64,000 bases of DNA from a bacterium (lineage in GTDB: Bacteria; Patescibacteriota; Andersenbacteria; UBA10190), in the NCBI GenBank assembly GCA_043811915.1, contig JBDRMS010000008.1, positions 109 to 64,108 on the forward strand, read 5' to 3'. The notes beneath the pieces were generated by a model. It saw only the letters and a list, made by a program, of their open reading frames with translations, was not told the DNA's origin and did no database searches. This document shows, piece after piece, positions 48,464-59,387 of the stretch. Positions within the stretch are counted from its first letter, which is position 1, and every line of letters starts with the position of its first letter. The position numbers and the translations under genes were made by a program.

Positions 48464-50518
48464 CTAGCGCACCGAAAAACGCAACAGGCGTTCCGAAAAC
48501 TTTACTTCCCCCACCCACAGAAAACTCCCGTCAAAAGCCAGGGCATTGGGCATAAACATCGAATCCCGCCCAATGGCCCGCGTTGTATCAACCAGATTTT
48601 TCTGTCCCAGAATAACATCTGGATTGCCGCCGCTGATGGCTTTTTCCACGTCGCGCCAAACCAGCACCCGATTCCCGCCGGAGTCGGCTATAAACAAGGA
48701 GCCGTCGTGCGCCAGCGCCGCGCCCGGCAAATTCAGACGCCAGCTGGAAGAAGCCAAGTAGTGCGGCATCGCCCGAGAACCATTTTTCTTGATATCCTCC
48801 ACCCGCCAAATGGCCACCCCGCCTCCAGGACGGTTCTGGCAGCAGGCCGCCGCCAAATATTCCCCGTCACTCGTCATTTTAAGCGAGTTTTCTACGCTAA
48901 GCGTGGCCACCGGATTTTTTGTGCTATCGGGCATGCCCTCCCAAACATAAATAGCATTTGCCTTCTGATCGCCCAGATAAAAATATTGCTCGTCCATGGC
49001 CACCCCCCGCAAATCCTGCCAACGCACATTGCCAGCGCCGCCTCGAATCTCCTCATCCGGCTTCTCGCCGTTTTTCGGCAGTTTGTCCCACACGGTCACG
49101 CTTTGCCGGCCAGCAATAACCAGCCTGTTTTCAAATAAGGCAATATCATCGCCCCCCATATCCTCATAAACAAAATCCGGATGAGCCCCGGACTCGTCCG
49201 GCAGTTTTTTCCACCCATAGAGCTTGCCATCGAAATCAGACAGGACATATAAGCTCTCGCCATCAGTGGCCGGCACCGGATTAGAAATAATAAACTCTGT
49301 CTCCAGCGTATTGGTATCAACATCCGGCGCGCCAATAGCGAAATCAGGTTTCGCGGTGCTGTTGGCCGGCATCTTATCAAACCCAACAATTTTATTGCCA
49401 TTGGCCAGCGACAGGTACAGCCGTCCGCCCGCCCAGGCCGACCCGGAGCCGTCTCCCCCTTGCAGATTTAATGTCCTGGCATTAGCAAAATCTCTGGCCT
49501 GCTGCGGAAATGCATCCCACACATATAGCTTGCTTCCTAAACCCAAAAATTTTCCGTCCGGCAAAAAGTTCATGCCCCAAAGTATTTCCCCCTGCGCCAA
49601 ATTCTTGTCCGCGGGAGATTCTTCACCCGACGGCATGGCCATAAAAAAGTCGTACGGCTCATTCTCTCGCGTCGGCCATTCAGACCAAAAAAACGTACCT
49701 TGGACATCGCCGTCCACACCGCCAGGCTTCGCGTTATGGTCAGAAATAGCCAAATGTTTACCATCACTGCCGATAGAGCGCGGCGTACCAAATTGCGGCA
49801 ACTTTAACACCAGATCAGCTGGTGTTTGGCTAACCTTCGGCCACTCATTCCAAATCAACACCTGCGCACCAGACGTGCTGGTAACGATTAGCTTCTCCCC
49901 ATTACTCCATGCCGCCCAGGGCCAGGCAATCCGTCCCCGCCGGTCAGCTCCCTCATCACCAAATCCTCCGAACACCAAATCAGCCGCCTCTCCGTTTTGC
50001 GTAGGGAATTCCTGCCACACCAGCACCCGGTGGTTCTGCGTATCACACACTATCAGCCACGTGCCATCGGTGGCCACGCATACCGGCCAGTTCAGCTCGT
50101 CCATGTTGCTGCCCGCCGCAATAGAATTAAAATCCTTCTGGCCAAGCACCAGGTCCGGCGGTTCATTACCGCGCGGCACCTCATTCCAAATCAGCACCCG
50201 GTTATTGTTGCGGTCCGCCAAAACCAATCGCTGGCCGTCCGACGCCAGGCTACCCGGATGATTGAACAGCAGCGGGCCGCCCGCGTCATCAAAATCAATC
50301 GCCGAAAGAACAATGTCTGCCTCTTGCCCGGTTGTAAACCAGCCTGTCGGTTTTTCTGCCACGCTGCGATACTTCACCCCGGTTCGAGTCACCGATTGCC
50401 CGTTGCCTATTAGTGAACCAAGTCGCACCACCGGGCTCAACTTCCACGCGGCATATCCCAGCGCCAATACCACGAACACTATGGCGGCATACGTACTCAA
50501 TTTTTTATCCGCGGGCAT
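48464..50518 (-). CDS. Membrane-anchored NHL-repeat beta-propeller protein
   Basis: Repeated ADRNNNRVLIW / DTQNHRVLVW / ADSGGNRVLVW, DLVLGQ. Confidence 0.85.
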   Translation of the reverse strand: MPADKKLSTYAAIVFVVLALGYAAWKLSPVVRLGSLIGNGQSVTRTGVKYRSVAEKPTGWFTTGQEADIVLSAIDFDDAGGPLLFNHPGSLASDGQRLVLADRNNNRVLIWNEVPRGNEPPDLVLGQKDFNSIAAGSNMDELNWPVCVATDGTWLIVCDTQNHRVLVWQEFPTQNGEAADLVFGGFGDEGADRRGRIAWPWAAWSNGEKLIVTSTSGAQVLIWNEWPKVSQTPADLVLKLPQFGTPRSIGSDGKHLAISDHNAKPGGVDGDVQGTFFWSEWPTRENEPYDFFMAMPSGEESPADKNLAQGEILWGMNFLPDGKFLGLGSKLYVWDAFPQQARDFANARTLNLQGGDGSGSAWAGGRLYLSLANGNKIVGFDKMPANSTAKPDFAIGAPDVDTNTLETEFIISNPVPATDGESLYVLSDFDGKLYGWKKLPDESGAHPDFVYEDMGGDDIALFENRLVIAGRQSVTVWDKLPKNGEKPDEEIRGGAGNVRWQDLRGVAMDEQYFYLGDQKANAIYVWEGMPDSTKNPVATLSVENSLKMTSDGEYLAAACCQNRPGGGVAIWRVEDIKKNGSRAMPHYLASSSWRLNLPGAALAHDGSLFIADSGGNRVLVWRDVEKAISGGNPDVILGQKNLVDTTRAIGRDSMFMPNALAFDGSFLWVGEVKFSERLLRFSVR

Positions 50519-50580
50519 ACTCTACCATTCCCGCATACTACCATAACCTCATCAACTGCATTAGAATTATAATCAAACAT

Positions 50581-51480
50581 ATGGCCCCGGCTAAGAAAAA
50601 ACTCATCATCGTTGTTATCGTCATTATTTTCGTCCTTGTGTTATACAGCACAATTAAACGTAACAGCGTCACCCCAGACACCACCACCAAGCTCGGCAAC
50701 TTTGGCTCTGCCCCCCAGGCTATGATGGAAGAGCTGTCAGCCAGCCGCGCCATCGGCCTTTCCCCTATCCAGCCCGGCGGCACTGCCGACCTTGAAGACG
50801 TAACTAAAGAAGACCGCCTTATCATCCGCACTGCGGCCTTTTCCATAGTCAGCGCCAATGTGCAGGCCTCCGTTGACCAGCTCACCAGCTACGCCGCCTC
50901 CGCCGGCGGCTTTATTGCCAACGTCAATGTCACAAATCTGGAACGCTCCCCCTACGCCGTCGTTAACTTTCGCGTGCCTGCCGAACGCTTTGAAGAAACG
51001 CGCCAGCTCATCCGCTCCCTCGGCCTTAAAGTAGTAATTGAGGGCGTCACCGGCCAGGACATTACCGAACAGTATGTCGACACCGAAGCTCGTTTGAAGA
51101 ATCTGCGCGCCAGCGAAGAGCAGTTCCTCGCCATCATGAAACAAGCCGTCAAAGTGGAAGAAGTGCTGGCCGTCCAGCAGCAACTGGAGCGCGTGCGCGG
51201 CCAAATTGAACAAAGCCAGGGCCGCCTGCAATACCTGGAGCGCTCGGCTCTGCTGGCCACTTTCACCGTCACTATCTCCTCCGACGAAGAGGACCTGCCC
51301 ATCATTGACCCCGTCGACCGCTGGCGCCCGCTAGCCATCGCCAAGGAAGCCCTGCGCGCTCTGATCAAAACATTTCAGGGTCTTGGTACCAGACTAATCT
51401 GGCTGGTCATCTACGCTCCCATCTGGCTGCCTGTTCTGCTAATCGTCTGGCTTCTCTACCGTCGCCTCAATAAAGTATGA
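50581..51480 (+). CDS. DUF4349 domain protein
   Basis: RLIIRTA, FRVPAERF, QDITEQYVD, ERVRGQIE; TM at both ends. Confidence 0.9.
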   Translation: MAPAKKKLIIVVIVIIFVLVLYSTIKRNSVTPDTTTKLGNFGSAPQAMMEELSASRAIGLSPIQPGGTADLEDVTKEDRLIIRTAAFSIVSANVQASVDQLTSYAASAGGFIANVNVTNLERSPYAVVNFRVPAERFEETRQLIRSLGLKVVIEGVTGQDITEQYVDTEARLKNLRASEEQFLAIMKQAVKVEEVLAVQQQLERVRGQIEQSQGRLQYLERSALLATFTVTISSDEEDLPIIDPVDRWRPLAIAKEALRALIKTFQGLGTRLIWLVIYAPIWLPVLLIVWLLYRRLNKV

Positions 51481-51626
51481 CCCAGCGTCTTTTTATTCTC
51501 CTGCTCATCCTCATTATTCTCATTGGCGCCATCTCTTATACTTCACGAGATAAGTTGTCACAGCTATGGCTAAATACCGTGGCCATCTCCTTAGACAATT
51601 CAGACAACCACCAACCAGCTTTTTGA
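51477..51626 (+). pseudogene. 49-codon ORF with signal anchor, possibly a truncated gene
   Basis: ATGA-coupled to DUF4349; MTQRLFILLLILIILIGAISY...; ends 2 nt from the convergent gene. Confidence 0.4.
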
Positions 51627-51628
51627 CA

Positions 51629-54271
51629 TCAAAAAGAGCCGGCCTCACTATTGCCTATCGCTGGCGCAAATTCTACTGACGGTATCAGATGACGTATTTC
51701 CCGCAAAACCCGACGATCTTCTTCTACTACGGGAGAAATGTTATATGGTTCCCCGGCATATAGCGCCCAGTTCCAAATAAATAGGCCGCTTACACTATTT
51801 GCTTGTGCCTCTTCTAAAACTTCCGCCAGCCAGTCACCACGGTCGTTTCTCCCCTCTCCATCACGCGCAAAACCTACTTCCCCGATAAACAAAGGCTTTG
51901 ACAGAGATCGCATATTGTCCGCCCAAGCTGCAATTACTTGCCTTAAATTCGCTTTACTGTTTGGGTCCAACAGGTACTTACAGTACAAATGCCCAGACGC
52001 AACATCAATATTATTAGAGCTGTTACCGACCGTTTGATCTGGTCCTGACATATCAGGATAAACTTCATCTATAAAGCCTTCCACTCCACTGATAATGAGG
52101 TGATTATTGTCTAAGCTTTTAACATATTCACCTAACTGATCCAGCCATTCCTGCACAATCTCCTGGTTAACCCGCTCGGCACTGCGCGGCTCATTCATAA
52201 GCTCCCAGGCCAATATAGTCGGATCGTTCTTATAAGGAATGCCGGTAACTCCAGACTCCCGATTGACGATTTTTTCCACATAGTTCCAATACAAACCCCG
52301 CGCAGCGGGATCAACAAAAAATTCATCCCGATCTTTTAGCTCGCCGCCCGGTTTACCTAACCAGCCTAAATAGTTCTTTACCCCCCCGTAATCGTTCCAG
52401 TAGTTACCCAGCACTGGTACTACTCGTACATTTTCGTCCTGAGCGATAGCCAGAAGAATATCTAATCTTGTCACCACGCTATCATCAATTTCGCCCGCGT
52501 TAGGCTGGATTGCCCCCGGGAAACCTTCGCCAAAGGCCCAAAACCGAATTACCGGAAACCCATAGTTTCTGGCCTGACGAATAGTCTCGCGCATATATTT
52601 TGGGCTTTGATACAGCAAATCGTATGAATTCACTCCCACAAACCGAAACGGCTGGCCTTTATAGTAAAGAATTTGTCCGTCGCTAACCACATAATCCGAT
52701 CGCCGGTAAATATTCAGAAATCTTCCCTGGTAAGCGATAGTATAATTTTGTTTAAACAACTCATTACCAGTCTTTATAAAGGCGTCATAAAGCGGATCGC
52801 CCACATCTCCGTTCATCATTACCACCCATTCCACCCGTGATGCGGGGTTTTCGAGTGATTCCTTCCACAAGGCGTCGGTTCCCTCATGCACAAATTGCTT
52901 CATTAAGACACCCGTTTCATACGCAAAAGCATTATGGTACGCCAGCGAGGCCATTACTAACTCATCTGCTTTTATCTGCCTGGCTAACCAATTAGCTTCC
53001 TGATCTACGACCAACGCGCTGGATCCTTTTGTGGCATCAGTCAGGGTGACAATATCAGAGGATGCCAACGAATAAGTTGCTTGTCCCAGCAACAACAATA
53101 CTACGATGATCTGCCATTTCTTCCGCCTCAAGAAGTAAGTGCCCCAAATAGCTGCCGCCGGCAGCATGACCAGTCCATACCGCACATTAAACCACGCGCT
53201 GGCTGGATCTTTAGGGTCAGACAAACCCAGCTCTGGTACCATTAAAATACTCTGCCCGCGATACAAGGCTAGTACATGAAAGAAAAAAGGTGACAATAAC
53301 ACTGTTATGGGCAAGAGTGATTTCCATTCTTTAAGAGGCCATTTTCCCGGCCAGACAACCAGACCGATAATCAACAAGGCTATGGTTACCAACCCCATAT
53401 TATCAAATGTTGCCCAACTATATGCCCTTAGCGAAAGCGGCAGATTATGAATCGTGTATAGTTTGCCACTAGCTGCAATAACTGCCTGCTGTGCCCTTGC
53501 TGAATAAGGCCCGTTGGCAAAAAATAGCGGGTCACCGTAAATGGCAAAGTTCCAGCTCAGCCAGAAAACCACTCCGGCAAAAGCCAAAGTCAAAAACATC
53601 AGCAACAAAGCCCCTGCCTGTTCTATCGATACTGCTTTTTGCCGCACCCAACTAACCAGCACAGTAATCACCACCGCTGTCACCCACAACAATAAAAACC
53701 AGCCATCGTACCTGGTTAAAGTAGCTCCTACACACGATAAGGCAGTAGCAGTTAACCACCACGGGTCTTGCACCGTTACCCAACGCACCAAACAGTAAGC
53801 GGTTAAAATGAAGAACATGAGCAGTAAAAGCTCTGACATAGGAACGCTTTGCATATACCAAGCGTTAACATTCAACAAAAACACCAAAGCGGCCAAAAGC
53901 CCGACACTGCGCTTCCCTGCAACCAACTCGCCCAAAGCAAAAATGCCTATCCCGGCTATGACATAACTAATCATAGAAACAATGGCTCCAGCCAAACCGC
54001 TTTGCCACCAAACCCGACTCCAGACAAACGGCAACATCAGCCAGTGCTGCAAAGGTAGCCATACACCACCCAGTTGAGCCAATCCCGGCTTTTGGTTATC
54101 AAACACTAGCCTTGCTAAATTCAAATGCGAACGAGCATCGTTATAAGTAGTAACCACTCCCAGATTCGCGAAGTACCAAGTGCCGGCCACCGACAACACC
54201 ACTGCTAAAAACATAACTAGGATGTATGGTTTAATGTCTATTCCCCTTATTGCTGCCAGAAAATTCATCAT
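51629..54271 (-). CDS. GT-C (PMT-like) membrane domain fused to a GH5 mannanase-like hydrolase
   Basis: DARSHL, VWLPL, MSE, TRYDGW; then FVGVN, IRFWAF, WELMNEPR and IGEVG (both catalytic Glu present). Confidence 0.88.
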   Translation of the reverse strand: MMNFLAAIRGIDIKPYILVMFLAVVLSVAGTWYFANLGVVTTYNDARSHLNLARLVFDNQKPGLAQLGGVWLPLQHWLMLPFVWSRVWWQSGLAGAIVSMISYVIAGIGIFALGELVAGKRSVGLLAALVFLLNVNAWYMQSVPMSELLLLMFFILTAYCLVRWVTVQDPWWLTATALSCVGATLTRYDGWFLLLWVTAVVITVLVSWVRQKAVSIEQAGALLLMFLTLAFAGVVFWLSWNFAIYGDPLFFANGPYSARAQQAVIAASGKLYTIHNLPLSLRAYSWATFDNMGLVTIALLIIGLVVWPGKWPLKEWKSLLPITVLLSPFFFHVLALYRGQSILMVPELGLSDPKDPASAWFNVRYGLVMLPAAAIWGTYFLRRKKWQIIVVLLLLGQATYSLASSDIVTLTDATKGSSALVVDQEANWLARQIKADELVMASLAYHNAFAYETGVLMKQFVHEGTDALWKESLENPASRVEWVVMMNGDVGDPLYDAFIKTGNELFKQNYTIAYQGRFLNIYRRSDYVVSDGQILYYKGQPFRFVGVNSYDLLYQSPKYMRETIRQARNYGFPVIRFWAFGEGFPGAIQPNAGEIDDSVVTRLDILLAIAQDENVRVVPVLGNYWNDYGGVKNYLGWLGKPGGELKDRDEFFVDPAARGLYWNYVEKIVNRESGVTGIPYKNDPTILAWELMNEPRSAERVNQEIVQEWLDQLGEYVKSLDNNHLIISGVEGFIDEVYPDMSGPDQTVGNSSNNIDVASGHLYCKYLLDPNSKANLRQVIAAWADNMRSLSKPLFIGEVGFARDGEGRNDRGDWLAEVLEEAQANSVSGLFIWNWALYAGEPYNISPVVEEDRRVLREIRHLIPSVEFAPAIGNSEAGSF

Positions 54272-54277
54272 GCCTGT

Positions 54278-56494
54278 TTAATTAAATTTCACTGCTCTTT
54301 TTAAAGGAACAAGCCAGGACGCCTTTGGCCGCACAGACAAACCGTGCCGTGTCTTTTCCCAATAATGCGGCTTTACTATTAGTTGCCACATCCCATACCA
54401 GCCAGCCACACTCATTAGCAGCCAATAAAACGGGATAACAAACGTGTACTTAACCATCCACCACTGTTTAGTTTTGATCGCCGCCAACATATGCGAGTAG
54501 AAATACAGAAAATTACCAACAATCATAGTAAAACTCCCGATATAACCAATCGGCCCCGAGAATAAAAGTTTAGTCACCGGCTCAATCAAGCGCGGCTCCA
54601 AGAAATAACCGAGCGTTAGCAGCCAGAATATTGGATTAACAAAAAGCGAGAAGACCTTATGAACAAATACTAAAATAAAAATCAAAAACTTGTCCCACCC
54701 TTGCTGCACTATGGCATCAATGTCACGCCAGGCCACCAACTGCGTCTGCGCATATCCCTTAATCCAACGCGACCTTTGTCTTAACCAGTTTCCTAATTGG
54801 CTGTTAGCCTCCTCGTGGGTGCTAGAATCAATAATAGCCGTGCGGTAGCCCAAGCTAAACAAACGAATGCCCAAATCACAGTCCTCTGTGACATTGAACG
54901 GATCCCAGCCAGATAATTCATTCAGTACCTCTCGACGAAAATGATTCGAGGTACCACCTAGTGGAATAGGTGCATGCAAAGCATACAGCCCAGGCAACAC
55001 TACACCGAACCACAGGTTGTACTCGGCCGCAAATAAACAAGTCAACAGATTCTGCCTGGCGTTGTAATAATCCAACCGCGCTTGCATACAAACCACTTCT
55101 GGATCAACTTTTTGAAAAGCTAAATAAGCCTTTTTTAGTTGGTCTCGTTCTGGTATATCCTCCGCGTCAAATATAACCACATAGTCTCCCCTGGCATAGG
55201 CCAGGCCGTAATTACACGCTTTTGGTTTGGTTTTTGGCTGGCCGTCAGGTACCACCCTAACTTTGATATGTGCCGGCAAACGCATTTGATTAATAACCTT
55301 TTTTGTAAGATTATCATCCTCCTCAACCAACAACTGCACATCTAACTTGTCCGCTGGCCAATCAATTTCCATCATAGCTTTCACAAACTGTTCCACCACT
55401 TCTGGTTCCTTATAAAGAGGGCATAAAATCGAATAAACCGGCAAGTGTTCATCTACTAACACATCCATCTCCCCTCGCCCTATCGATATCTCCGGTGATG
55501 TGGCTAGGCTTTTTATCGACAACAAAAACATAAAAATAACATCCAGTAAATAAACCAATGAAATAATTCCCACCAGACTCACCAAGGCTAATTGCCAGTT
55601 TGCTAGAAAAGCCACCAATAAACCGGCAAAAAACAACAGCAGTATTAATATTTGCTGTCTATTAAACCGTTTAAAAGCAGATTGATTGGACGGCAAAAAA
55701 TTGTGAGTGATAAATTTTTTATCTTTATACAATACGCCGTTACCCGCCTGGCGTGGCTGATCTTTATCCACCACAGACAACGGTGACAGCCCACGCAGCT
55801 TTAACCAGATCGCTTCCTTCACCATTGCCAAACCATCAGCAAAAAGCCTAATCTTGCTCACTCCTTTTTCCCGTTCATAAAAAATAATGTCCTGCTCGGC
55901 TATTCGCGCGCCCGCATACTTGACATGCCACAAAAAAGGTAAATCAAAACTCCATGGCCCAGTAGGCAACATTGCCGCCGGCAAAAACTCGCTAGTAAAC
56001 ATTTTTAGCCCCGATTGAGTATCATAGATCAGACCAAAGAGAAGCTTCGTAATCAGCTTGTTATATAGCTTGGAGGTCAACTGACGGGAAGCTTTTTGGA
56101 CCCACTCCTTTCTTCTTGTTACCACTATGTCTGCCTCTCCTGTTTTGATCCGCTCAAACATAGCCCCTAAATCTTCCGGGTGATACTGTAAATCCGCATC
56201 AATAAAAGCCAGCACCGGATATCTCGCCACTGCAAACCCCTCTCTTAGCGACTGCGCTTTACCCTTTTCTCCTTGCTTAGTTAAAACCTGTATCGGATAG
56301 CACTCGGTTAGTTTCTGCGCAATTTCTTTTGAATTATCAGTTGAGTGATCATCAACAATAATAGCTTCCCAGCCACATCTCCAAGATAATGTCTTATGAA
56401 CACGCTCTATTAGATCAGTCAAGGTTTCCGCTTCATTATAAACTGGAATCACTATACTTACTCCCTGGACTGATCTGACCGTTGTATCTTTCAT
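54278..56494 (-). CDS. Double GT2: polyprenol-P-sugar synthase-like domain plus processive GT2
   Basis: PVYNE, DDHSTD, DADLQ, DTQSG; then PLYKE, KPKACN, FDAED, TEDCDLG, QRSRW. Confidence 0.92.
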   Translation of the reverse strand: MKDTTVRSVQGVSIVIPVYNEAETLTDLIERVHKTLSWRCGWEAIIVDDHSTDNSKEIAQKLTECYPIQVLTKQGEKGKAQSLREGFAVARYPVLAFIDADLQYHPEDLGAMFERIKTGEADIVVTRRKEWVQKASRQLTSKLYNKLITKLLFGLIYDTQSGLKMFTSEFLPAAMLPTGPWSFDLPFLWHVKYAGARIAEQDIIFYEREKGVSKIRLFADGLAMVKEAIWLKLRGLSPLSVVDKDQPRQAGNGVLYKDKKFITHNFLPSNQSAFKRFNRQQILILLLFFAGLLVAFLANWQLALVSLVGIISLVYLLDVIFMFLLSIKSLATSPEISIGRGEMDVLVDEHLPVYSILCPLYKEPEVVEQFVKAMMEIDWPADKLDVQLLVEEDDNLTKKVINQMRLPAHIKVRVVPDGQPKTKPKACNYGLAYARGDYVVIFDAEDIPERDQLKKAYLAFQKVDPEVVCMQARLDYYNARQNLLTCLFAAEYNLWFGVVLPGLYALHAPIPLGGTSNHFRREVLNELSGWDPFNVTEDCDLGIRLFSLGYRTAIIDSSTHEEANSQLGNWLRQRSRWIKGYAQTQLVAWRDIDAIVQQGWDKFLIFILVFVHKVFSLFVNPIFWLLTLGYFLEPRLIEPVTKLLFSGPIGYIGSFTMIVGNFLYFYSHMLAAIKTKQWWMVKYTFVIPFYWLLMSVAGWYGMWQLIVKPHYWEKTRHGLSVRPKASWLVPLKRAVKFN

Positions 56495-56582
56495 AATCCT
56501 ACCCCGCCATTAAAGGCTTATTTTTCAGCTTCTGCGCCGTATTTACCTCTAAGCCTTCTACGCAAATTCTCTCTTTAAACAT

Positions 56583-56609
56583 AAAAAACGGGTTATTAAA
56601 ATAACCCGT
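56583..56609 (-). terminator. Intrinsic terminator after polA
   Basis: ACGGGTTATT-TT-AATAACCCGT followed by TTTTT. Confidence 0.8.
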
Positions 56610-56634
56610 CATTATGCCTAAGTACCAAATTCTG

Positions 56635-59382
56635 TCAACCCCCCCCTATACTTTCTTTCATCTCCTGCCAGTTTTTGCCTATTGCTACATCCGCTACCAA
56701 TGGCACATCAAGTGTATAAACTCCCTCCATAACTTCTTTCATCATTCGTGCCAGCTTCCCGGCTTGATCCATCGGGACCTCACACACCAGCTCGTCGTGC
56801 ACCGTCAGCACCATTTTCGCTTCAGGAAAATCTCTCTCCAACCGCTCATGCAAAGCAATCATCGCTTTCTTTAAAATATCAGCCACCGTGCCCTGCAGGG
56901 GAAAATTAAACGCCGCCCGCGCCGCCGCGGAGGCTACCTCCGGCGCCCGCGCGTTAATCTCCGGCACGTACCTCTTGCGCCCGAATAAAGTTTCCACAAA
57001 CTCCATTTCCCGCGCCTGCTCCAACACCTCGCCTATATAATTTGTTAGCCCTTTGTATTCATCCTGATACCGGCCAATAAACGAGCGAGCTTCCTCTACA
57101 CTCACTCCCGCCGCCCTGGCAAAAGCCTGCGGCCCCATTCCGTACAATACGCCGAAGTTGAGCGTCTTGGCTACCCGTCGCTGCTTATCCGTAACTTTTT
57201 TTGGATCTATACCAAACACCCGGGCCGCCGTACTGCTATGAATATCCTCCCTTGCCCGAAACGCATCCAGTAATTTTTCATCCCGCGACAAATGCGCCGC
57301 CAGCCGCAGCTCCACCTGTGAATAGTCAGCCTTCACTAATCTATTACCACGCTCTGCCGTAAAAGCGCTGCGAATCTCCTGCCCCAACTCCGTGCGCACC
57401 GGTATGTTCTGTAAATTCGGATCAGAAGAAGAAAGCCGTCCCGTCGCCGTTACCGTCTGATTAAACGAGGTATAAATCCGTCCTGTCTCCTTATCCACTA
57501 ATGCCGGCAGGGCTTCTATGTAAGTGTTAAGCAGCTTATTCAATTCTCGATATTCCTCCAATGAACCGATAACCGGGTGCGCCTCTCTAAGTTTTTCGAG
57601 CTCTGCCGCCGCCGTTGAATATCCCGTTTGCGTACGTGATATACCCTCTGTCGGCAACTTCAGTTTCTTGTATAAAATCTCCCGCAACTGCTGCGTTGAA
57701 TTAATATTGAACTTCTCGCTCGCCTCCTTCCATATTCTTTCTTTCAACATACTCAATCGCCGCCGCACCTTGTTCTGTAATTTCATCATGACCTCCACAT
57801 CCAGCCGCACTCCACAGAGTTCCATGTCGGCTAGCACCGCAATCAAAGGCAGTTCCAGTTCTTCCAACACCCGCGTCAATCCCTCATCTTTTATACGCGG
57901 GGCAAGGATCTCATACAGCCTCCACGCCAGCTCCGCATCCTCACAGGCATAATTAGCCAGCAGGGCCAGCGGCACCTGTGACATTTTCTTCTGCTCCTTC
58001 CCCTTTTTACCTATCAAGTCGGTTATGGGAATAGAATGATGTCCCAACTCCTGCACCGCCAGCGTATCCAGACCATGTTGACGCGCCCCCGGGTGCAGCA
58101 AATAGCTGGCAATCATCGAATCAAAAACAATTGGTTTCAAATTAATATCCGATTGAGTCAGAACTTCTGCGTCATATTTCAGATTGTGCCCCGTTTTGCC
58201 CACTTTCTTGTCCTCCAATAGTTTTTTCCATTCTTTCACAGTCTCCGGCGTCACCGGCACATACCACGCCTCTACTTTTCTAGCCTCCTGTTTACCTTGA
58301 GCTTGTCGAAGGGCGAAACTCATTCCTACGATTGGGTATTGCCGCGCCCCCAGCCAATCTGTCTCCGTATCAAAGGCAATTATCTCTTCCTTGGCTAATC
58401 GTTTTTTTAAATCCTCCCGGTCTTCTTTACTCTCCACTAAATGATAATTATCCTGTAAAATGCACTTCCTCTCTTTGGAGGTACGTGTAAATAACGTTGG
58501 TTGCATCTCCCCTTTTGCACTCTTTGGCAAACGTTGCATGAGACTCTTTAGTTCCAGGCGCTCAAATAACGCCATCACTTCTGCTGTGTCATAATCAGTC
58601 ATCACCGCATCATCTAAATTAAACTCAATCTTAACGTCGCGCCTGACAGTTGCCAGCTTCCGGCTAAACAAGGTCTCTTTCTTTTTCCCCTTAAGCCGGC
58701 TCCGCACCCTGGGCGATAATTTATCTAAATTTTTATATATATCTTCTATCGAGCCATACTTGACTACCAACTCCTTTGCTGTCTTTTCTCCTACTCCGGC
58801 CAGGCCCGGAATGTTGTCCGACGGATCCCCCCGCAATCCCTTATAGTCAACCATTAAGCGCGGCTCAAACCCAAACCTTTCCCTTACCGCCGCCTCGTCA
58901 TACATCACCGTATCCGTTACTCCACGCTTCAAAGTAAACACACTGGTAGATTTGTCCACCAGCTGCAACGCATCCAGGTCACCCGTTACAATAATCTTGT
59001 CAACCTCGCCATCAATTTCAGTTACCAGCGTGCCAATAATATCGTCGGCCTCAAAACCCTTTCTTTGCATAACCGGGACATTAAAAGCCTTCAACACATC
59101 CCTCACCAGGTCGAATTGAGTTATCAGCTCCGCCGCCGCCTCTTTTCTATGCGCCTTGTAATCCGCAAACTCTTTGTGCCTGAAAGTAGGCCCTTTCATA
59201 TCAAACGCCGCCACCACGTGAGTCGGCTTCAGCGCCGTTAATATTTTAAGTAACATCATCACAAAACCATACACCGCCCCCGTCGGTAATCCGTCCCGCG
59301 TGCTCATCGGCGGCAAGGCATGATACGCCCGGTGAATAAGCGCATGCGCGTCTATCAACGCCAGTTTTAATTTCTTAGCCAT
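56635..59382 (-). CDS. polA: DNA polymerase I
   Basis: 5'-3' exonuclease (EADD, GDPSDNIPG), FDTET, TGRLSS, DYSQVELR, AKTLNFG, VHDE. Confidence 0.99.
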   Translation of the reverse strand: MAKKLKLALIDAHALIHRAYHALPPMSTRDGLPTGAVYGFVMMLLKILTALKPTHVVAAFDMKGPTFRHKEFADYKAHRKEAAAELITQFDLVRDVLKAFNVPVMQRKGFEADDIIGTLVTEIDGEVDKIIVTGDLDALQLVDKSTSVFTLKRGVTDTVMYDEAAVRERFGFEPRLMVDYKGLRGDPSDNIPGLAGVGEKTAKELVVKYGSIEDIYKNLDKLSPRVRSRLKGKKKETLFSRKLATVRRDVKIEFNLDDAVMTDYDTAEVMALFERLELKSLMQRLPKSAKGEMQPTLFTRTSKERKCILQDNYHLVESKEDREDLKKRLAKEEIIAFDTETDWLGARQYPIVGMSFALRQAQGKQEARKVEAWYVPVTPETVKEWKKLLEDKKVGKTGHNLKYDAEVLTQSDINLKPIVFDSMIASYLLHPGARQHGLDTLAVQELGHHSIPITDLIGKKGKEQKKMSQVPLALLANYACEDAELAWRLYEILAPRIKDEGLTRVLEELELPLIAVLADMELCGVRLDVEVMMKLQNKVRRRLSMLKERIWKEASEKFNINSTQQLREILYKKLKLPTEGISRTQTGYSTAAAELEKLREAHPVIGSLEEYRELNKLLNTYIEALPALVDKETGRIYTSFNQTVTATGRLSSSDPNLQNIPVRTELGQEIRSAFTAERGNRLVKADYSQVELRLAAHLSRDEKLLDAFRAREDIHSSTAARVFGIDPKKVTDKQRRVAKTLNFGVLYGMGPQAFARAAGVSVEEARSFIGRYQDEYKGLTNYIGEVLEQAREMEFVETLFGRKRYVPEINARAPEVASAAARAAFNFPLQGTVADILKKAMIALHERLERDFPEAKMVLTVHDELVCEVPMDQAGKLARMMKEVMEGVYTLDVPLVADVAIGKNWQEMKESIGGG
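58288..58313. repeat. CCCTTCGAC...AGGTAAAC-type short repeat in-frame within polA
   Basis: CTGTTTACCTTGAGCTTGTCGAAGGG; encodes LRQAQGK; second copy at 59797. Confidence 0.8.
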
Positions 59383-59387
59383 TCTCT

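Noticed and set aside
56510-56560. GGTAAA...GGCGCAGAAGC resembling a c-di-GMP-I riboswitch
   Set aside because: The GNRA-capped stem and its receptor are absent; the match is too short.
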